From a virus, in IMG/VR virus record IMGVR_UViG_3300033149_002975, positions 1 through 64,000 of that record: DNA of 64,000 nt. The stretch is one strand, 5' to 3'. The stretch's first letter is position 1. Each line of letters opens with the position of its first letter. A model generated the notes under the pieces. That model was not told the DNA's origin, made no database searches, and worked only from the letters and a program-made list of their open reading frames with translations. Both the position numbers and the translations under genes were made by a program. This document shows positions 57,778 to 64,000 of this stretch, piece after piece.

Positions 57778-60700
57778 TTATCTCTTTAAAAGCTTTCTAA
57801 GCAAATCTACACCGCGTGAAGGAACAATAAAATCTTGTGGTTGCCTGGTTTCTTCCAATTTTTTGTCATTTTTCTTGATACGCACCGCTTCCGATATTTT
57901 TATTGATGGATAAGCAGCGTGCACGGCACGTTTTACTTTATCCTGTAAACTCTTTAAGGACCCAGAATACCAAGGTGGTGACGACTTATAATGCTTACAA
58001 TACGATAAAGCGGCCCTTGCTTGCTTGGCGGTATTAATTGGAAAATGATCTTTTTTGTCTTTTGATTTTTCTGCAGGAAATACGACCTTACCTCTATTAC
58101 GGTTTTCGGCTTTTGGATTCAATTTCCTACCGGTTTTCTTGGAAACCATTGCTTCTCGTAATTTATTCATTTTTAACCCCTTTTCATTCATTGATTCCTT
58201 TAAAATCGGTGCTTCTACGCCCGGACTACCAAAAATATCTGGGCTTCCATAATACATCAACAAATCTGATACTCTATACGGTAATGGTTTTTTCATCCAT
58301 TCTTCCTCTGATCCTGCACCGGAAAACTTCACTACATCCTTGATATTAAACCGCCCACCATTTTCTATTAATTCTTTAAGATCATCCTCTGAAAATTCAG
58401 TAATGGAAAATTTAGTATATTCATCAGGGTTTTCTTCACCGCCGTGTTGTGTTCCATAAATAAACAAGAAATTCCCATTACCCAAGTCTTTATGTATCAA
58501 ACCATAATTGTAAAGACTTATTTCAACATTCGCATCAACGGAACCTTCAAAACCGTCATCAATGGCCCTAGTTAACGTGTAATCATTTGGAATTTCTTTC
58601 ATAGTCTCATTAATTTTTGATTCTTTCAACATACCGGAATAAACATAAAATTTATTATCTATATCTATTACATAATCATAATTATCTGCATCTTCTTTAG
58701 CAACCTCGACCCATTCCGACAATTCGTCATTGTTCACATTAAACAGTATTACATACCCATTGTATTCTTCTATCAATTTATAACCGGAATCTTCAATCAA
58801 ATCGATATGTTCGTTAATATTGGATTCATTTCTTGGTTTAAATTGACCCTCCCCACGCCTGGCTTGGTCCTCAGTTCTCTTTAATTCATCGCCGTGCAAA
58901 ATGTAAGGATTTTCCTCATCTTCATCAGATTCCTCATCATTATTTTCCTCAGCACTCTGCTTGACCAAATCATCATATTCCTCTTGTTCCATATATGACA
59001 AGGCATCCAATGCCAATTCCCGCAAACCTTCTTCCGACAATTCACCTTCTGAATTTCTCCACATAGAAGCAAAGTCCGAGTCAAAACGAAATTCACGACC
59101 ATTTATGCTTATCACTGTATCCAGTGTTCCATCATCTTCCAAATAAACATCAAATTCATTCGTTCCATCAGAAACTTTCATTTCAATTAACGGCTTATTC
59201 ATTTTCGACTCTTTAAGAGACATGCTTCTCAACCATGCATGAATTTCCGGTTTATTATAATCAGTAAATAATGAAGACCTTATATAATCATTTATTTTGT
59301 CAATACTGCTATTATTTGGTGTAAGCCCGCCGCTCCAATCCTTGAAATCAGCTATTATTGCATTTTTAGCATCCTCTGACAACAAATCGTTGGGACATTT
59401 TTCCCCTCTCATTTTTCTTACACCTTTATCCCCATAAATGCTTCTTTGTGCAGAATCTTTGTATGGGCCAGTACCATCCCTTTTACCACGAATATTTTTT
59501 CCTTCACTAATCTGTTTTAAAATTTTTGATGCCAAATCAATTTTTGATTGCAATTCGTTGATATCATCAAACGTCAACTTATAAGTTTTTATCAAGGTAT
59601 CTATTACTAAACGAGTTGTGTCCAAAGCCATATTTTCTCTTTTTTTAGTTGGATCACTCTTTACTTTAATTATGGCATCTGATACAATTTTTGCAATCTC
59701 TTCATCGTTTGGCAACGCCACTTTTTCAACAATATCTTTCATCATTTTAATCTTAAAACCCCTATCATCACATTGTGGACAAATACCACCTCTTCTTAGT
59801 TCAGAGTATTTAGCTTTATATCCACACATCGGACAAATGTATTCATCGGCTAGCAACCCCGCTTTTTCAACAATTTTCGATTCCTTTTTCTCCCTTTCAA
59901 TCTCTGCCGGGTGTGGCGGCGGCTCAACTTTTGATCCTTTTTCCCCCGTATTTTCCTCTTCTTCTGGCTCTTCCTCTTCTTCTGGCTCTTCCTCTTCTTC
60001 TGGCTCTTCCTCCGGTTCTGGTGCTTCTTCTTCAGGCATTATATAATTCATCACTACATCCCTAGTTACTGAATCTATATCAACATCCCTTATTACCGAA
60101 GCAACAAACCCACGTATATCTTTAACATCCAATAATTTTTCTTTTGCAGAATAAACTTTATTGCCCTCCTGATCAACCAATTGCAAATCCCCATCATCGG
60201 TCGTTACCATATAATAATGGTTGTCTTCCGATTCCCCTACATATTCCTTCTCAATTGGGGCTTCTTCTGGTTCCGTATCAGTATCGGCCTTTTTCCCTAA
60301 TTCCTGCTCTGGTCTAAATTTAGGTTTGTGTTCTGTTTTTGGTTTCAGTTCTTTGGGGATATCTTCATAGTTGGGTTCTTCTACATCCCCTTTTATTTCA
60401 TCTTCATTAACTCTAGACTCATCAACAATCAATGAACTAGATTCCGCGAATTTATCATAAAAAGCAATAAACCTATCTATCGCTTCTTCAACATTTTTTA
60501 CAAAACGTTTACTGTTCCTATCTTTCGTAGTATAGAATTGTGCAAGATTAAACTCTGGAGTATCAACGGAAACGTAAAAACCATCATCACGCTTTTTTAC
60601 TTTAACATCTTTTCTCTCTATTCCTTCATTAACTTTGGATTCGGTGGCCTTTGCCAATTTTTTAACTTTTCTAGCAAACCTATTGATCCATCTTTCCTCA

Positions 60701-61074
60701 CCGGTATCTTTTATGCGAATTTTTAATGATCTATTATCGGGACTTATATCCAAAATTTCGGCGTCGGACCATTGTTTGCCGCCTTTAGTAACAGCTTGTG
60801 ATCCACCCACCGGGACTTTGACTATTTCACCGATTTTATAGGTTAATTTTCTATATATGTCTGGATCCGGAATATTGGATTCACCCACCAATGAATTGCG
60901 AATATTCTCTACAGTTGTTATTCTCGTCGATTTATTAACCGATCGCAGCTTTCTGCTACCGACAGCAATTCTTTCAAAAAGCGACATATTGGGGTCTTTA
61001 AATTTTTTGGAACTCGTCAACGAACTGTCTTTTATCCCCCTGCGCCTTTTTGCCAAATCTTCAAATAAGCTCAT
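57778..61074 (-). CDS. Large modular protein (1098 aa), candidate internal head polyprotein
   Basis: ESKVNE, ESRVNE, ESKIVE, ESNINE, ESKINE and ESMNE linkers; CPMC..CPQC; acidic PEEEEE repeats. Confidence 0.7.
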   Translation of the reverse strand: MSLFEDLAKRRRGIKDSSLTSSKKFKDPNMSLFERIAVGSRKLRSVNKSTRITTVENIRNSLVGESNIPDPDIYRKLTYKIGEIVKVPVGGSQAVTKGGKQWSDAEILDISPDNRSLKIRIKDTGEERWINRFARKVKKLAKATESKVNEGIERKDVKVKKRDDGFYVSVDTPEFNLAQFYTTKDRNSKRFVKNVEEAIDRFIAFYDKFAESSSLIVDESRVNEDEIKGDVEEPNYEDIPKELKPKTEHKPKFRPEQELGKKADTDTEPEEAPIEKEYVGESEDNHYYMVTTDDGDLQLVDQEGNKVYSAKEKLLDVKDIRGFVASVIRDVDIDSVTRDVVMNYIMPEEEAPEPEEEPEEEEEPEEEEEPEEEENTGEKGSKVEPPPHPAEIEREKKESKIVEKAGLLADEYICPMCGYKAKYSELRRGGICPQCDDRGFKIKMMKDIVEKVALPNDEEIAKIVSDAIIKVKSDPTKKRENMALDTTRLVIDTLIKTYKLTFDDINELQSKIDLASKILKQISEGKNIRGKRDGTGPYKDSAQRSIYGDKGVRKMRGEKCPNDLLSEDAKNAIIADFKDWSGGLTPNNSSIDKINDYIRSSLFTDYNKPEIHAWLRSMSLKESKMNKPLIEMKVSDGTNEFDVYLEDDGTLDTVISINGREFRFDSDFASMWRNSEGELSEEGLRELALDALSYMEQEEYDDLVKQSAEENNDEESDEDEENPYILHGDELKRTEDQARRGEGQFKPRNESNINEHIDLIEDSGYKLIEEYNGYVILFNVNNDELSEWVEVAKEDADNYDYVIDIDNKFYVYSGMLKESKINETMKEIPNDYTLTRAIDDGFEGSVDANVEISLYNYGLIHKDLGNGNFLFIYGTQHGGEENPDEYTKFSITEFSEDDLKELIENGGRFNIKDVVKFSGAGSEEEWMKKPLPYRVSDLLMYYGSPDIFGSPGVEAPILKESMNEKGLKMNKLREAMVSKKTGRKLNPKAENRNRGKVVFPAEKSKDKKDHFPINTAKQARAALSYCKHYKSSPPWYSGSLKSLQDKVKRAVHAAYPSIKISEAVRIKKNDKKLEETRQPQDFIVPSRGVDLLRKLLKR

Positions 61075-61096
61075 ATATTTATTCCTTATTTTTTAA

Positions 61097-61417
61097 TTAA
61101 AAACCAAAAATATCTCCATTTGTAAAAGTCTTTTGCTTCTTAACGTCATCGGTATTTGCCGGTTCAGACCCATCCATTTTACTAACCACGTAATCATATC
61201 TGTGGCCTTTTGGTAAATCATCCGGAACCACCACCGGAAATTGGCCGTTCGTACCGGTTTCTATTAACATTATTGCCTGATCCCCATAATCCGGCAAATC
61301 AGCAAGCTTTTTATTCGTGTTATCCCATATCTGTCCGGTATCCGCCTCAATAAACCTAACATAATACGAATTTCCAGTATGTCCCTGAACGTCATATAAA
61401 GTATCAACAATATACAT
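61097..61417 (-). CDS. Hypothetical virion-region protein
   Basis: Likely start MYIVDT after AAAGGG. Confidence 0.5.
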   Translation of the reverse strand: MYIVDTLYDVQGHTGNSYYVRFIEADTGQIWDNTNKKLADLPDYGDQAIMLIETGTNGQFPVVVPDDLPKGHRYDYVVSKMDGSEPANTDDVKKQKTFTNGDIFGF

Positions 61418-61428
61418 CAATTTACCCT

Positions 61429-61614
61429 TTAATTTAATGAATAAAGTAATATTATACCAACCGCCAATGAAAAAGCTCCGGTTAACGCAGCGCCCAGAGC
61501 AGTGATGGTGACCATCCAATGATGTTGTAAATGATTTGTAAATTGCTTAGACACTTCGTCCAATTTTACAATAACTTCTATTAATAAGTCGTGATCTGAT
61601 TTTTTTAACGGCAT
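61429..61614 (-). CDS. Small membrane protein (holin-like)
   Basis: Short coiled coil plus C-terminal TM helix. Confidence 0.4.
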   Translation of the reverse strand: MPLKKSDHDLLIEVIVKLDEVSKQFTNHLQHHWMVTITALGAALTGAFSLAVGIILLYSLN

Positions 61615-61629
61615 AATACACCCAATCAA

Positions 61630-63162
61630 TTATTCATCTATTACTTTATTATCACTAGTAACTACCAATTCATCAGCAATTGCTGATTCACCGTCTATTA
61701 ATATATCAATACCCAACAACTTATCGCCGGTGGCAACCACGGTTTCAGGTTCTGGCTCAGGTTCGGGTTCCGGGGCCCCACCAAACACCCGCAATAATGG
61801 ATAAGTTTCTGATTCAGTTATCCACCAATCATTGTCAAAATCCCAATTGGTGAATGTTGCTTGCTGTTTCATTTCGGCGGTAGTCTTACCTTCAGCGTCC
61901 CCTTCATCCTCAGCACCACCGTCCACGGCTACCCCTGAAGTTTCAATATTCCAAAAAGAATTCGTTGCATATTGGGCAAATGTTGCGTCGTTAATATCTA
62001 CTTCAACACCAGAAGCTATATTACCATTAAATTCCAAATCTATAAGAATGGAATCATCATCACTATCAAGTATGTTATACCACCCATCTGTATATTTGGC
62101 GTCATTAAATTCAACGGCTGCATACATTGAACCGGGAACCGTATTCTTGAATTCACCAGATTTGGTAAGTAAAACCTTGCCCCCTACACCTTCCGTTACC
62201 GCACAATGAGGACTGGAAGTATAATCCACCAAATTCCAATGTAAATTTCCACAAAAACCACCAATGCGGGTCTTAGAAGATTGATCCCCTATATGGGTAA
62301 GTTTTCCCAATGAATAACAATTGACACAATCCGTATTTATACTATCGCTACCTACAAAACCACCAAGATAGCACATAGAATCGGAAACAACCGTTACATC
62401 CACATCTGTCCAACAATTTAAGAAATACCCATTATTTGATTGTCCTATAAATCCAGCACCTATTGATGAAGAAACAATGGTCCCAGTAACATAACAATTT
62501 TTCACCGGAAAACCTTTAGAAATACCAAAACCGAGACAAGCACCAATCATACCGGCACCGGATTTACAAGTAATATCAATATCTACCAACCCCAAATTTT
62601 TGATGGGGTTGTCGGTAAGAGAAGAATCTTGTCCTACGGATACATCTACCCCATTAGGTATAACGTGATTGAAGGGTAAATCAAGCACAATATAATCGTC
62701 ATTAACCCCAATTATATCATATGTACCATTTTCATACCAAATACTAACAAAATCTACAATCGCTTTCATTCCAACTTTTGAATGACCAAATCTGCCGGCC
62801 TGCGTTATCCTAACGTTGCCACCGTCATCCGACACTGCACCATCATCACAACTATCGACATCGGCTCCACTAACCGGATCTACTGCACCAAACAAACCCT
62901 GATTAACTTCGGTCGGACGATTTATTTTCATATTGGATATTATATGTCCTTGGCCGTCAAAAAATCCATTGAAAAAATCGCCGGAATTCCAAGATCCTAT
63001 AGGCCACCAACCCGTACCGTCCCCTTTTGGATCAACGCCTGTTAAATCCAAATCAGTGGTAAGTTTAAATAAATTGTCTTTCCATAATTTTCCGGCAAAC
63101 TTCCCGGAAAGCAAGGTAAGATCAATTAAATCTTGAACGGAATCTATTGTGTACTCAGCCAC
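61630..63162 (-). CDS. GLUG-motif beta-helix protein with two inserted beta domains
   Basis: PIG...F.G.FDGQGH.ISN, GGFVG, NCYS.G, TTAEMKQQATFTNWDF...W. Confidence 0.7.
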   Translation of the reverse strand: MAEYTIDSVQDLIDLTLLSGKFAGKLWKDNLFKLTTDLDLTGVDPKGDGTGWWPIGSWNSGDFFNGFFDGQGHIISNMKINRPTEVNQGLFGAVDPVSGADVDSCDDGAVSDDGGNVRITQAGRFGHSKVGMKAIVDFVSIWYENGTYDIIGVNDDYIVLDLPFNHVIPNGVDVSVGQDSSLTDNPIKNLGLVDIDITCKSGAGMIGACLGFGISKGFPVKNCYVTGTIVSSSIGAGFIGQSNNGYFLNCWTDVDVTVVSDSMCYLGGFVGSDSINTDCVNCYSLGKLTHIGDQSSKTRIGGFCGNLHWNLVDYTSSPHCAVTEGVGGKVLLTKSGEFKNTVPGSMYAAVEFNDAKYTDGWYNILDSDDDSILIDLEFNGNIASGVEVDINDATFAQYATNSFWNIETSGVAVDGGAEDEGDAEGKTTAEMKQQATFTNWDFDNDWWITESETYPLLRVFGGAPEPEPEPEPETVVATGDKLLGIDILIDGESAIADELVVTSDNKVIDE

Positions 63163-63170
63163 CTATTAAT

Positions 63171-63383
63171 TTATTCCTTTTTCTCGTTTAAATTTTGTTT
63201 TTTTAAAATTTTCTTTGATTCGTTTGTCCCATCGCCAATATCCGCTGCCGGTATTTCCTTATCTTTTGTCAAACTTAATATTTTGGCTACCGATTGTAGA
63301 TTCTGTACACCGCCTTGCTTCAGCGCGATATCACACAACTGAACAATAACTTCACGTCCTTCTTTGTCAACTATTATTTCCAT
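63171..63383 (-). CDS. Hypothetical protein
   Basis: AAGGGG RBS. Confidence 0.55.
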   Translation of the reverse strand: MEIIVDKEGREVIVQLCDIALKQGGVQNLQSVAKILSLTKDKEIPAADIGDGTNESKKILKKQNLNEKKE

Positions 63384-63804
63384 TATTCGCCCCCTTTAAT
63401 ATTGAATTGTATATTTCTTCGTTTAAACGTTCCTGAATTGCAGGAATCAACATTCTGAATTCCAAATTACCTTGCTGGCATTCTATAATTACATGCGTCA
63501 AAAGACTCGACAAACCCTTTGCCACCGTAAATCCGTCAATTTTTTCTTCCACCCCTTCGTGAATCTTTTTCCCACGGCATATTTGAAGAAGCGTTCTATA
63601 AATGTGCTTTTTATCCTTCAATTTTCCAATGATTTCCGCGGATAGATGATCCGGCGTTGGTAATTTTAAAATTTCTTGTTCACATAGTTCATATGAATGG
63701 TTAGTAAATAATCTCATCGCCTTATCAACGATTTTTTGATACTTGGTCCCCGAAAGATAAATCTCGGCTTCCATTAATTTGGATAAAAGCTCTGCATTAA
63801 TCAT
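63367..63804 (-). CDS. Hypothetical protein
   Basis: Coupled ORF. Confidence 0.55.
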   Translation of the reverse strand: MINAELLSKLMEAEIYLSGTKYQKIVDKAMRLFTNHSYELCEQEILKLPTPDHLSAEIIGKLKDKKHIYRTLLQICRGKKIHEGVEEKIDGFTVAKGLSSLLTHVIIECQQGNLEFRMLIPAIQERLNEEIYNSILKGANNGNNS

Positions 63805-63818
63805 TTTGTATCATTCCA

Positions 63819-63998
63819 TCAGCGTTTTGTAAATCGGCGTTTCCGCAAATCAACGTGCCGCAAACTGGGTGGTGTTTCCAATGAATCATTATTTTCTTCA
63901 TCAATTCTGGATTCAACTGCGGGGGTTGGCTTCGTTAACTTCGCCAATGCTTCATCAGCCCACTTCTCACCTTCAAATTCAGCCAAAACTTTGGGACC
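63819..63998 (-). CDS. 3' end of a CDS running off the window; contains an ESRIDE linker
   Basis: Hand translation GPKVLAEFEGEKWADEALAKLTKPTPAVESRIDEENNDSLE...KR*. Confidence 0.55.
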   Translation of the reverse strand, partial: GPKVLAEFEGEKWADEALAKLTKPTPAVESRIDEENNDSLETPPSLRHVDLRKRRFTKR

Positions 63999-64000
63999 AA

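Noticed and set aside
59948-60010. 18-bp PEEEEE tandem repeat (and EEPEK repeat near 51571-51608)
   Set aside because: Ordinary acidic low-complexity linkers
1-64000. Stop-codon reassignment
   Set aside because: Core genes are intact in the standard code, and TAG and TGA end genes with normal overlaps

Overview
AT-rich (roughly one third GC by eye) 64 kb piece of a large T4-like myovirus genome in the standard genetic code, with two convergent arms. The plus arm (~80-14660) encodes GroES-like, DnaJ-zinc-finger and ClpP-like proteins, the large terminase and two sigma-like factors. It also has a nucleotide-metabolism cluster (a PurZ-type adenylosuccinate-synthetase paralog, a DUF5664 dATP/dGTP diphosphohydrolase, MazG, an SPPY DNA methyltransferase, a membrane-fused NDT-like protein and a metallophosphoesterase) and a tRNA-Glu(UUC) with an atypical C33. 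The minus arm (~14830-64000) is the virion operon: prohead protease/scaffold, gp23-like capsid, neck, sheath, tubes, tape measure, baseplate, PAAR and tail fibres, ending in a ~7 kb glycosyltransferase/methyltransferase cluster. Main findings: (1) a family of head-region proteins built from unrelated modules joined by a recurrent ES-x-[VIT]-[ND]-E / [LIV]-x-E linker, sometimes with exact DNA direct repeats around a module, suggesting capsid-packaged polyproteins cut by the prohead protease; (2) a likely 2-aminoadenine (Z) pathway in a large myovirus; (3) strong CCGG over-representation; (4) a three-copy intergenic element; (5) a candidate virion-glycosylation module. All calls come from reading motifs by eye; no database searches were run.
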